From NCBI GenBank assembly GCA_051294375.1, contig CM119264.1, forward strand, positions 21,465,045 through 21,529,044: a stretch of 64,000 nucleotides of DNA. The letters run 5' to 3'. This document shows, one piece after another, positions 52,001-64,000 of the stretch. Position 1 is the first letter of the stretch. The number at the start of each line of letters is the position of its first letter. Origin of the DNA: Paraspadella gotoi. Lineage: Eukaryota > Animalia > Chaetognatha. The notes beneath the pieces are model-generated. The model was not told the origin of the DNA and made no database searches. It saw only the letters and a list, made by a program, of their open reading frames with translations. The position numbers were made by a program, and so were the translations under genes.

Positions 52001-53452
52001 TATTTTATTTAAAACTAAAAAAATATTAAGAAAAAACGTAAGTACGCCACTTATTCTCAGAAATGACCGCCGCATCAAGCTTCACTACGCCCGATGCAAC
52101 TTTCGAAATTCGTAGCTTTAACCCGTGATCGTCGTCACGATCCGAGCGTCCACTATGAACAGGAAGTGTCGTCGCACGCAGGCGAAACCGGATATAACGT
52201 GCATTCACACACGTGGGAAAATTTGGGGAAAAATTCGCACGCGTGAGAAAAAGGGGCGTGGCTTACGGTCGCCATCGACGATGCATCGAAACGTTCGATG
52301 GCCGCGTTACCAAAATACTGATGAGTCAACATAACGCAATATTACGGAGGCGTAACAAAATATGATGAAATATAACGTTATCCGCTGTAACATCGCGAAA
52401 TCCTGACGCAACGAAAACGAAATAAAAATGTAAAATTTTTCCAAAAAACGTTAAAAAGGAAAAAAATGGAGATTTTGAAAAAAGGTAAAGTTATTTACAT
52501 TGGTCGAACGAGAGAGGCTAGAACGGGCCGACTTCCCGCCGCACGGACAAGCCTCCCACGAACCTCACCGCCGGCCCATGAAAAATCACCCTTCCACCAA
52601 TACTTTGTTGACCGAGACGGACGTCCAAGCCGAGCAAAGCAAAGAGGAACTCCGTCCACTAAAGGCGCCCCTATGTCGGTCAAGGCCGACATAGTGCAGA
52701 AATGCGAAATAAATAATAAATAAATCATGAGTAATGAAATAAAAATAAATAAGGCTTTTGAAACGGGGCACTCCCAAGTGCAGAAAAAATAGGAAATCCG
52801 CCTTTGAACGCGACTGAAAGAAAGTAATTAATAAAAAACGTTTGTCGCCGCGTTTTACAGGAAATCGAAATATCGAATCCGTATTTCGAGATCCCAACCC
52901 TTTACTCCCGCCACAGGAGAATCCGAATTTTCATTCGAATTTAAATAAAGCCAGAAAAACAGAATTAACAGAAAGAAATAATAACTGTTAATAAAACGAA
53001 ATAAAGCATAAAAAGGAAGACGAGCTTTTCAGCTCCCAGAAAAGAAAAAGGCTTTCGAGAAAAGCCTGAGCGCCATCGTATTAAAGTAAAAAATAGCCTA
53101 AGCCTTCAGGCGCGGAGGCCTGTTATCTTTAGAGAAAAAATACCCGAAAAAGAATCAAGGTAGACTTATATAAAAAATGAAAAATATAATATAAAAAATT
53201 ATAATAATTCATTTAAAAAATTAAACCCGTTAAAAAACGCTCGGTTATTAACAAAAAATTCTCTAAATAATTTTTACTTTAAAAACGCTGCAAGCGTTTC
53301 AAAAAACGAAAAACTTGATTCTTTCCTGCGACCGGGGCCGTCGCACAAAAAATTGAAAAAACTTCTGCGCCCCAGTTTCTTTAAGATAAAAAAATGACTG
53401 GCCGTATAGAACGGACGCAGACTGGTCCTGGCCGCGGTTACGGACGCCGGAC

Positions 53453-55143
53453 TAGAGTTCCGATAACCGTTAATTATTAATTATTAACGGTTAAAAATGA
53501 TTTTAACTTAACCGTTAATATATTTTATTATTAACGGTTAAATTCGGTAATTTTCAAGTATGATTATTGTAATTTTTGTTATGAAAACTTTGATTTTTTT
53601 AAGAGAAAAGTTTTTTTCTGTCCTCTCTTATTCTCCTCTCCTTTCTCACTATATTTTTCCCCTTTCTCTCTCTTCTATATTTTCCCTTTTTTTTTCTTTG
53701 TTATTTTCAACCCTTTTAATCTTTTTTCTATCCTAATCTCTAATCATTTTTTCTGCCCTTCCAGTATTTTTTTACCTACTTTCTCCTAATTGTTTTAGTT
53801 TTTCCTTTCAGCTAATATCAAAGAATATTTTGAAATATGATATGCATCTGTATATATTTTCTTGCAAATAAAATTCTTACATGCAATAATATTCTATTTT
53901 ACTTTTTCTTTCCCTTTTTAAAATGAACAAAGAAGTAAATAAATAAAACCGAATGAATGAAAAATTTTTAAAAAACTAAAAAAAAAATTATTAGAAAATA
54001 TTTAAAAAATGAACAATAGAAGGAATAAATCTTTGAAAGACATTAGGGCTAACTTAAACTATCTTTCAATGATTATATAATATAAAATTGAAACTGAAGA
54101 GACAGTAATTAATGTTATGTGTCAGTGACAAAACCGTCCAATATAAGCAGTCCCTGAGCTTCGGATCAGGCTGTAACACCATGTTGCAGGCGGTTAAGCG
54201 CCCCGTCCCTCTTAACTGCTAGGCGGCCACCGGGCTAGAACCGCCGGAACTTTGGGTTGGGAGGCGAATGACTTGCCTCTGGCGCCAATGGCGCTGATGA
54301 ACGGATGGAGGATTTTAGTCAACCATAAAACAAATATTTATTAATTAATAACTCTTATGATCAATCGATCATTCAACCATTCAATTAATAAATTGATATT
54401 CATAATTAAAAGAAAACAAAGTTTATTTGTTTATAAACAACGGGTTTTTATACCAAAAACGGACATGTTTCGACTTTTCCGAATCTACATCAGCGCGTGA
54501 GAGTCGAAACAGTTCCGTTTTTTTTTAAATAAAAGCCGTTGTTTGTAAAACAAATAAACTTTGCTTTCACTTATCTATAAAAGCAACGAAAAGAAAGTCT
54601 TAACACAATATTCATAATTATATTTATGGTCATGGTTATGAAAGACTAACAACAGAAAAACATGCTTTCAAGAAACTAACAACTATAAAAATAATGAGGA
54701 ATAGAAATAGAAAAAGCGAAAGCGAAAGTAAGAAAGAGAAAGAGAGAAAGAGAAAACAAAATATACAAAATTATGATTACATTGTGCTTTTTCTTTCATT
54801 ATCTTTTTTCATATTTTAATTATGATATGAGTCAAAAGAAAGATTTATTATAATGCTTTATTTGATTAGCTGATGGGTAGATTCAAGATAGTTTTCTCAA
54901 ACCAATTTTCTCATTTATCAACTATAATGTGTACCTCATCTATCTGAAATAGAAGATAAAGACGATTCAGGAGCCGGAGTTAAGGAGAAAATACCATTAA
55001 ATACTTTAATTAGTTTTAAATATTAATATTTTAAATTTAAAGTTAAATTATAAAATTAACCGATTTTAACGGTTAACCGTTAAAAACGTTAGTTTTAACG
55101 GTTAAGCGAAGTTCCTTTAAAATTAACGGTTAACGGAACCCTA
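53453..55143 (+). mobile_element. hAT-like MITE copy 2
   Basis: Same TIRs and body as 10783-14578; TSD cgccggac/cgcaggac. Confidence 0.88.
54088..54324 (-). mobile_element. tRNA-derived SINE-like insertion
   Basis: Absent from MITE copy 1; minus strand 54294-54222 has A-box-like TGGCGCCAGAGG and B-box-like GGTTCTAGCCC followed by a stem-loop. Confidence 0.55.
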
Positions 55144-55619
55144 CGCAGGACAAAACAAAAAATAAATACCTGGCCGCGGTTACGGACGCATGTCTTCGGG
55201 TCGACGCCCGGAAACCAAAAAACGAAAAAATAAATTGTCTGGCCGTATAGAACGGACGCAGACCAAAAAACGAAAAAATCTAAAGAGAGACTAACTATAG
55301 AAGACCATTTTTCGTCGAAACGTCGTCAGATGTAATCCTCGGAGAGAACCACTGACCCACTGACGAACGACGAACCAGATCCGTTGAGTTCTGTGAACAA
55401 AAAATAGGCACGAAATAAAGCATTAAGAAATAAAAAATAATAAGATATATACAAGTGTGCGGAAAAATTTAGATTAAAAATCAGCCTAGGTAATTTATAA
55501 TTTCGTTTCTCTTGTCTTTTGAGAATAGGTTTTCATTAGGGATAACCTCACCTAGTGAATTTCTAATAACAATATCGCGAAAAATATTTTTAGCCTCTGA
55601 CATTTTCGAATTCTCGTCG

Positions 55620-55745
55620 CTCGATTCCAAACTTTGATCGGCGGCATTTAAAGTCGACGGTATGAAACGAACAACAATGTTATACCTATACTAAGCCAGT
55701 ATGAAATTACTCTAGAGTCGACAAAAACATAAGTTTTACAAAAAT
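55620..55745 (-). pseudogene. RNase H remnant of Gypsy pol
   Basis: TYVFVDSRVI...YNIVVRFIPSTLNAAD resembles the Gypsy RNase H C-terminal motif (YxxxIxYIPGxxNxxAD). Confidence 0.55.
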
Positions 55746-55814
55746 TTCTATTTTCGGTTTTCGGTCGGTCTGTCCAGCTACTATATTTAGCTTCTCACGG
55801 AGAACGGAATAAGG

Positions 55815-56170
55815 TAACCATTTCACCTTTTATTTTTGATATACGTTTCCCATAATCAATTATACTGTTATTGGATGCCAACACATCACTACCTAATAAA
55901 TTCGGACATTCATTTCCCATTACATATGTAAAAACGTTTATTTCCGTTTTGTTTATTTTCAAAGTCAGAGTGACATATTCCTCACAATAAACTTTACCAC
56001 CAATTCCCTATCAATTTTTTTTTTGCATCGCTAAATTCAAAATGTTTAATTTTAATCTCAAACATTCATTTCATTTTCTTTTCTTCCAGTTTCATTTTGT
56101 TAGCCTACAGGCATCGTTTCTTCAGACAAGTCATTGCCATGTGATTGTCAGAAAAACAATTTCAGCATAC
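55815..56170 (-). pseudogene. Gag CCHC zinc knuckle and C-terminal half of a retroviral-type aspartic protease
   Basis: C*NCFSDNHMAMTC = CX2CX4HX4C (56126-56167); GIGGKVY...CPNLLGSDVL (flap and ILGxD motifs). Confidence 0.75.
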
Positions 56171-56241
56171 ATTCTTGCCAATCCCTTTCTTTTCCGCCGA
56201 TTCGGTATAGTTGAGTTTCCTTTTTACTGTAAACGATTTAC

Positions 56242-56612
56242 AGTCGGTAACGTGACCTGTGACCCTCAATAGATGACGGATAGAGAGCTGAACTATGCAT
56301 AGTCTTTCTAATTAGTTTTTGAAGTTACCTGAAATAATTGTAGATTGCCAAAGTTGTATTAGTTAATAAAACTATTGATAAAATATTGCGTCTTACTCCC
56401 TTGAGATCTAAAAATGGAATGAACTAAAATATCGGCCTCCCTCTCGTCTATCTTCCTTTGTTTATTCTACTTAGACAAAATGTTTACAAAATAAATGCTG
56501 AGTTCCTGGGAATCTATGAAATATTAAACTTTGGAACTGAGAAAATTTAGAGAGACAAAATTTGAACGAAAGTTAATTACTAAATTGGAGGCTAATTAAA
56601 ATAATACTAATA
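56242..56612 (-). mobile_element. 5-prime LTR
   Basis: Reverse complement of 41161-41528 with mutated termini (TA...CT); directly followed on the minus strand by gag remnants. Confidence 0.85.
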
Positions 56613-59600
56613 GAAAAAAGAGATAAAAACTTTAAAAACAAAGAAAAACGTTTTTTCCAATGTAAAAAGAAATAAAAACGTTAAAAACTTCGGCAAACAA
56701 CTTTTTTAATAAAAAAAGAGATAAAAAGGTTAAAAACATCGACAAACGACTTTTCCAATGTAAAAAGAGATAAAAACGTTAAATACACCGGCAGAAGACA
56801 TTTCCTATGTAAAAATAGATAAAAACGTTAAAAACACTAGCAAATTTCTTTTCCAATATAAAAAGAGATATAAACTTTTAAAAAACCGGCAAACAATTTT
56901 TCCAATGTAAAAAGAGATAAAAAACACCGCCAAACGACTTTTTCAATGTAAAAAGAGATAAAAACGTTAAAAACACCAGCAAACGACTTTTCCAAAGAGA
57001 TAGAAACTTTAAAAACAAAGAAAAACGCTTTTTCCAATGTAAAAAGATAAAAAAAACGTAGAAAACACCGCCAAACGATTCTTTCAATGTAAAAAGAAAT
57101 AAAAAAGTTAAAAACTGCGGCAAACAGTTTTTGCAATATAAAAAGAGATTAAAAACACCGAACACAACTTTTCCAATGTAAAAAAAGATAAAAACGTTAA
57201 ATACACCGGCAAACGTCTTTTCCATTGTAAAAAAGGAAAAAAACGTTGAAAACACCAGAAAACAATTTCTTCAATGTAAAAAGAGATAAAAACTTTAAAA
57301 ACAAAGAAAAACGCTTTTTCTAATGTAAAAAGAGATAAGAATGTAAAAAACACCGGAAAACGATATTTTCAAAGAAAAAAGAAATAAAAACGTTAAAAAC
57401 TTCTGCAAACAATTTTTTTAATATAAAAATAAATAAAAAGGTTAAAAACACCGGCAAAAAACTTTCTAATTGTATAAAAAGATAAAAACGTTAAAAACAC
57501 CAGAAAACGACTTTTCTTTTGTAGAATGAGATAAAAACGTTAAAAACACCGGAAAACGACTTTTTCCTAGTAAAAAAAATCAAAACGTTAAAAACACTGT
57601 AAAACGACTTTTCCAATGTAAAAAGAGCTAAAAACGTTAAAAACACCGGAAAACGTAATGTAAAAAGAGATAAAAACATTGAAAACTTTGGCAAACGACT
57701 TTCCCAGTGACAATCGACTTTTTCAATTTAAAAATGGATAAAAAAGTTAAAAACACTAGCAAACGACTTTTTCTTAATAAAAAAAATGTAAACAATAAAA
57801 ATACTGGAAAACGACTTTTCCAATGCAAAAAGAGATAAAAACGTTAAAAACACCGAAAAAGCACTTTTCCAATGTAAAAAGAATTAAAAACGTTAAAAAC
57901 TTTGGCAAACGACTTTTCCAATAAAAAAAAAATAAAACCGTTGAAAACCCCGTCAAACGACTATTCCTATATAAAAAAAACTAAAAACGTTAAAAACATC
58001 AAAAAACGAGATGAAAACGTTAAAAACACCGAAAAACGACTTTTCCTATGTAAAAAGAGATAAAAACGTTAAAAACAACGAAAAACGACTTTTCCTTTGT
58101 AAAAAAAAAAATGAAAACGTTAAATACACCGGCAGACGACATTTCCTATGTAAAAAGAGATAAAAACGTTTAAAACACCTGCAAACGACTTTTCCAATAT
58201 AAAAAGAGATAAAAACTTTAGAAACAAAAAAAAAACGCTTTTTCTAATGTAAATAGATATAAAAAACTCCGACAAACGACTTTTCCAATGTAAAAAGAGA
58301 TAAAAACGTTAAAAACACCAGTAAACGACTTTTCCAAAGAGATAAAAACTGTAAAAAGAAAGAAAAACGCTTTTTCCATGTACGAAGAGATAAAAACTTA
58401 GAAAACACCGGCAAACGATTTTTTCTATGTAAAAAGAAATAAAAACGTTAAAAACTTCGGCAAACATTTTTTGCAATATAAAAAAAAATTAAAAACACCG
58501 ACAAACAACTTTTCCAATGTAAAAAGAGATAAAAACGTTAAATACACCCGAAAACGACTTTTCCAATGTCAAAAAAGATAAAAACGTTAAAAACACCGAA
58601 AAAGCACATTTCCAATGTAAAAAGATTTAAAATCGTTAAAAGTTTTGGCAAACGACTTTTCCAATAAAAAAAGAAATAAAACCGTTTAAAACCCCGTCAA
58701 ACGACTTTTCCTATGTAGAAAAAGCTAAAAACATTAAAAACATCAAAAAACGACTTTTCTTTTGTAAAAAGAGATGAAAAAGTTAAAAAAACCGAGAAAC
58801 TACTTCTCCGTTTTCTTTTCCAATGTAAAAAGAGATAAAAACGTTAAATACACCGGCAAACGACTTTTTCTATGTAAAAAGAGCTAAAAACGTTAAAAAC
58901 TCGAGAAAACGACTTTTCCAATGTCAAAAAAAAATAAAAACGTTAAAAACACCCAAAAACGTCTTTTCCATTGTAAAAAAGGATAAAAACACCGGAAAAC
59001 GATATTTTCAAAGAAAAAAGAAATAAAAATGTTAAAAACTTCTGCTAACAACTTTTTCAATATAAAAATAGATTGATTGTATAAAAAGATAAAAACGTTA
59101 AAAACACCAGAAAACGACTTTTTTTTTTTTGTGGAATGAGATAAAAACGTTAAAAACACCGGAAAACGACTTTTTCAATATAAAAAGAGATACAAAGGTT
59201 AAAAACATCGACAAACGACTTTTCCAATGTAAAAAGAGATAAAAACGTTAAATATACCGGTAAACGACATTTCCTATGTAAAAAGATATAAAAACTATTA
59301 GAAACAAAGGAAAACGCTTTTTCCAATGTAAAAAGTGTTAAAAACGTAGAAAACACCGGCGAACGATATTTTCAATGTAAAAGGAAATAAAAACGTTAAA
59401 AACTTCGGCAAACAACTTTTTCAATATAAAAAGTGATAAAAACGTTAAATACACTGGCAGACGACAATTCCTATGTAAAAAGAGATAAAAACGTTAAAAA
59501 CACTAGCAAACTTCTTTTCTAATATAAAAAAAGATAAAAACTTTAAAAAAAACGGCAAACGATTTTTCCAATGTAAAAAGAGATAAAAACGTTAAAAATA

Positions 59601-62600
59601 CCATCAAACGACTTTTTCCAAGAGATAAAAACTTTAAAAACAAAGAAAAACGCTTTTTCCAATGTAGAAAGAGATAAAAACGTTAAAAACACCGGAAAAC
59701 GATTTTTTCAATGTAAAGAAAAATAAAAACGTTAAAAACTTTAGAAAACATTTTTTGCAATATAAAAAGAGATAAAAAGGTTAAAAACACCGACATACAA
59801 CTTTTCTTTTGTAAAAAGAGATGAAAACGTTAAAAACACTGAAAAACGACTTTTCCTTTTCCTTTTCCCATGTAAAAAAATCTAAAAACGTTTAAAACAC
59901 CGAAAAACGATTTCTCCGTTTTTTTTCCAGAGATAAAAACGTTAAAAACACCGAAAAACGACTTTTCCTTTGTAAAAAGAGATAAAAACGTTTAAAACAC
60001 TTGCAAACGACTTTTCCAATGTAAAAAAAGATAAAAACTTTAGAAACAAAGAAAAACGCTTTTTCCTATGTAAAAAGTGATAAAAACGTAGAAAACACCG
60101 GCAAACGATATTTTCAATATTAAAAGAAATAAAAACGTTAAAAACTTCGGCAAACAATTTTTCAGTATAAAAAGAGATAAAAAGGTTAAAAACATCGACA
60201 AACGACTTTTCCAATGTAAAAGAGATAAAAAAGAGATGAAAACGTTAAAAACACTGAAAAACGCCTTTTCCATTTTCCTTTTCCTATGTAAAAAAAGCTA
60301 AAAACGTTAAAACCGAAAAACGACTTTCTTTGTAAATAAGATGATAAAACGTTTAAATACACCGGCACGACTCGAATTTCGCTATGTGAAAGGTTAGAAA
60401 AACGTTAAAAACGCAACCAGTTAAACGACTTTTTTCAAAGGAGATTTAAAAATTTAAAAAGAAAGAAAAAGCTTTTATCCTGTAAATGAAGAGATAAAAC
60501 GTAGATAAACAGAAGGCAGAACGATTTTTTTCAAGTGTAAAAGAATAAAAAACGAGATAAAAATTCTGGCAAACATTTTTTGCAATATATAAAAGAATTA
60601 AAAACACCGACAACAACTTGTCCAATGTAAAAAGAGATAAAAGAACGTTAAATACAGGCCCGAAAAACGACTTTTCCAATGTCAAAAAATATAAAACGTG
60701 TCAAAAAACCGGAAAACGAATTCTTCCTTTTTTTTATTCCATGAGATAAAAAACGTTAAATAATATGAAAAACGACTTTTCTTTGTTAAAAGAGATCAAA
60801 ACGTTAAATACACGGCAGACGACATTTCCTATTGTAAAGAGTTAAAAAACGTTATAAAACAACAGTAAAGCGATTTTCCAAAGAGATATAAACTTTAAAA
60901 AGAAAGAAAAAACGCTTTTTCCATGTAAAAAGAGAATAAAAAGTCGAAAACACCGGAAACTGATTTTTTCAATGTAAAAAGACACTACACACACCCACGT
61001 CTAAAACTTCGGCAAACATTTTTGCAACTACCTACAAAAAGTTATACCAACACATAGACAAACAACTTTTCCAACTGTAAAAAGAGATAAATAGTTAATG
61101 AACTATACCGAAAACGACTTTTCCATGTCAACAAAAGATATAAAACTAAAACACCGGAGAATAAGCCATTTTCAGGATGTTAACAGGATTAAAATCGTCT
61201 AAAAGTTTTGGCAAATAACGAATATTTCAAAAAAAAAGAATAAAACGTTTAAAAACCCGTCAACCCGACTTTCCTATGTAGACAAAGGTAATAAACATTA
61301 AAAACATCAAAAAACGATTTCTTACTGTAACAGAAAGAGATGAAAACGTATAAAGAAACGAGAAAGCACTTCTCGTTTTCTTTCGCAATGTAAAGACCAC
61401 GGATACGCTTAAATACCGGGCAAACGACTTTTTCTTATGTAAAGAGTAAAAACGTTAAAAACCGAGAACGCACTCTCTCCACATGTCAACAAAAAAAACG
61501 TTCAAACACCCAAAAATCGTTTTTCTACAAGTTGAGAAAAAGGGCATAAAATCGTGAGAAAATCACCGCAACACGGACTACTTCTCTCACAGCAAACAAG
61601 AGATAATAATAATGTTAAAAACTTCGCTCACCACTCACTTTTCAATATAAATAATAGATGACAAAGGGATCTAAAAACAACTGGAAACCCATATTTTTGA
61701 TTGTATAAAATAAGCATAAAAAGTTATAAAGCAATCCAGAAAGGCCACTGTTTTTTGTGGATGAGACGATACCCGGCCCCCAAAATACGTTAAAAACACC
61801 GAAAAACGACTCTCTCTCTCTCAGCTATCCAACACGCAGATAAAAGGTTAGAAAACAATTGAAAGCGACTTTTCAATGTAAAAGAGATAAACGTATAAAT
61901 ATACGGTAAACGCACACTTCTCTCACGCCTCCACACACAGCACGACTCACACCACACTTAAAACACTAGCAAATTTTCTTCCATATAAAAAGAGATAAAA
62001 ACTTTTAAAAAACCGGGAAACCCGACTTTGTCCAATATAAAAGAGATGAAACCAGACACGACAACGACTTTTCAATGTAAAAACATATAAACGTTAAATA
62101 AAAATAAAACGCAGACAACACTACATAATGTAAAAGAGATAAACCGTAAAAACCGCAAGACTTTTCCAAAGAGATAAAATTTAAAAACAAAAGAAAACGA
62201 TGGCTTTTTCAATGTATAATAAGATAAAAACGATTAAAAACTATTGGCTGAACGACTTCCAATAAAAACAGAAATAAACCGTTGAAAACCCGTCAACGAC
62301 TATTCTGTGTAAAAAAAGCTAAATACGTTGAAAAACATCAAAAATACTTTTTTTTGGTAAAAAGGATGAAAACGTTAAGAACACCGGAAAAAGACTTTTG
62401 CTTTTCCTTTTCTCTATGTAAAAAAAGTATAAACGTTTAAAAACACGAAAAACGATTTATCCGTTTTCTTTTCCTATGTAAAAGGGGATAAAGACGTTTA
62501 AACACGCAAAGGAACTGTTTCTTTTAAATAGAGATAAAATTAAAAGAACGGCAAGACGAATTTTATTAATAAGAGATAAAAACGTTTAAAACACTGCAAA

Positions 62601-64000
62601 CTGACTTTTCAATATAAAAAGAGATAAAACTTAGAAACAAAGAAAAAGAGGCTTTTTCAATGGTAAAAATGTGATAAAACGTAAAAAACACGCAAAGCGA
62701 TAAAAAGAAATAAAACTGTTAAAGACTTCGGCAAAACACCTTTTCAATATAAAAAAAAGATAAAAGGTAAAAACATTGAAAACGACTTCAATGTAAAGAT
62801 AGAGATAAAAACGTTAAATACAAACGGCAGACGACAATTCTATGTATAAAAGAGATATAAAATGTTTAAAAAACTAGCAAACTTTTTTTTCAATATAATA
62901 AAAAGAAAAACTTTAAAAAAACCGGCAACGATTTTCCAAGAGTAAAAAGAGATAAAAAACCGACAAACACTTTTCCAATGTAAAAAGCGATCAAAACGTA
63001 TTAAAAATAACGATCAAACCGACTTTTTCCAGAGATAAATAACTTTAAAACAAAGGAAAAACGCTTTTTCCATGTAAATAAAATAAAAACAGTAGAAAAA
63101 CACCCGGCAAACGATTTTTTCAATGTAAAGAAAAAACGTTAAAATAAATTTGGCAAACATTTTTTCAATATAAAAAAGATAAAAGGTTTAAAGACCCGAC
63201 AAAACTTTTCATCAATGTAAAAAGATGATAAAAACTGTAAAATACAACCGGCACGATTTTCTTATGTTAAGAGCTAAAAACGTTAAAACACCGCGAAAAA
63301 AACTTTTCCATTGTCAAAAAGATAAAAACGTAAAAAAACATAGATGCCACGGAAAAATGTCTTTCATTATGTAACACAAGGATAAAAACGTTGAAATAAG
63401 ACCAGGAAACAACTTCTTCAATGTACAAAGAGATAAAATTTAAAAAAAGAAAAACGCTTTCCAAGGTTAAAAAAAAAATATAAAAAGTTAAAATTTCTGC
63501 AAAAATTTTTCAATATAAATAGATGAAAAAGTTAAAACACGGCAACAACTTTTGATTGTATAAAATAAAAACGTTAAAAACACAGAGAAAACGGATACTT
63601 TGTTTTTGATGGTAATGAGAATAAAACGTTAAAAACAAAGTAAAACGAAAAGAAATCTTTTTCAAGATATAAAAAAAGATAAAAAGGCTTAAAACCGATG
63701 ACAAACGACGTTTTCCAATGTAAAGAGATAAAAGTTTTATAATACACGAGCAAGCGGACATTTCATGTAAGAAGAGATAAAAACCGTGTAAAAAAACACG
63801 ACGAAATGTATATTCCCATTGTAAAAAAGGGAATACAAACGTCTGAAAAGACAGAAAAACAACTATCTTCAATGTAAAAGAGAGTAAAAACTTTAAAACA
63901 AAGAAAAACGCTTTTTCGCAAGGTAATAAGAATAAAAACTTAATAAACTAGCAAACTTCTATTTCCAATATACAATAAGAGATATAAACTTAAAAAACAG
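56613..64000. repeat. 49-bp satellite array (A-rich on plus), increasingly noisy after about 60350
   Basis: Same monomer variants in reverse complement. Confidence 0.93.

Larger units (their letters stand above)
49054..55446 (-). mobile_element. Unclassified CpG-rich repeat (element B), copy 2, inserted in Gypsy pol
   Basis: Flanked by atatacaa (49046-49053 and 55447-55454); removal restores the in-frame FPHTCISQLN; (CAATTA)n and (CCTTTA)n at one end, ggccg...acggacgc repeats near the other. Confidence 0.75.
45600..56612 (-). mobile_element. Decayed, internally deleted Gypsy-like LTR retrotransposon with nested insertions
   Basis: Order on the minus strand: LTR, CCHC knuckle, protease, RNase H, integrase, SGNH-like remnant; no RT recognised. 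Confidence 0.8.

Noticed and set aside
22200-64000. Dozens of Phe/Leu/Lys-rich ORFs (FLTFLSLFTLEK, FNVFISFYIGK, FYLFLHWK)
   Set aside because: They are the three frames of the 49-bp T-rich monomer; no evidence of coding
60350-64000. Apparent gradient of satellite degeneration
   Set aside because: Dense random indels and ca/ct stutters look like low-coverage long-read error; cannot be treated as biology without reads

Overview
AT-rich eukaryotic (probably invertebrate) heterochromatic window with scaffold gaps and no convincing intact host gene. About 1-22.2 kb is a deeply nested pile of transposons: Helentron/DINE-1-like HINEs, hAT-like and Tc1/mariner-like foldback MITEs, a decayed Gypsy integrase, palindromic units carrying Penelope-type minimal hammerhead ribozyme cores, a CpG-rich unclassified repeat and degenerate (CCCTAA)n. 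About 22.2-45.6 kb and 56.6-64 kb are a 49-bp satellite with a reproducible set of variant monomers. The satellite is interrupted by a decayed Gypsy-like LTR element (Gag CCHC, protease, RNase H and integrase remnants plus an SGNH/GDSL esterase-like remnant) whose two LTRs now point in opposite directions. The many Phe/Leu/Lys-rich ORFs are satellite or microsatellite artefacts. All calls come from reading the sequence by eye; no database search or folding was run, and coordinates are approximate unless a TIR or TSD fixes them.
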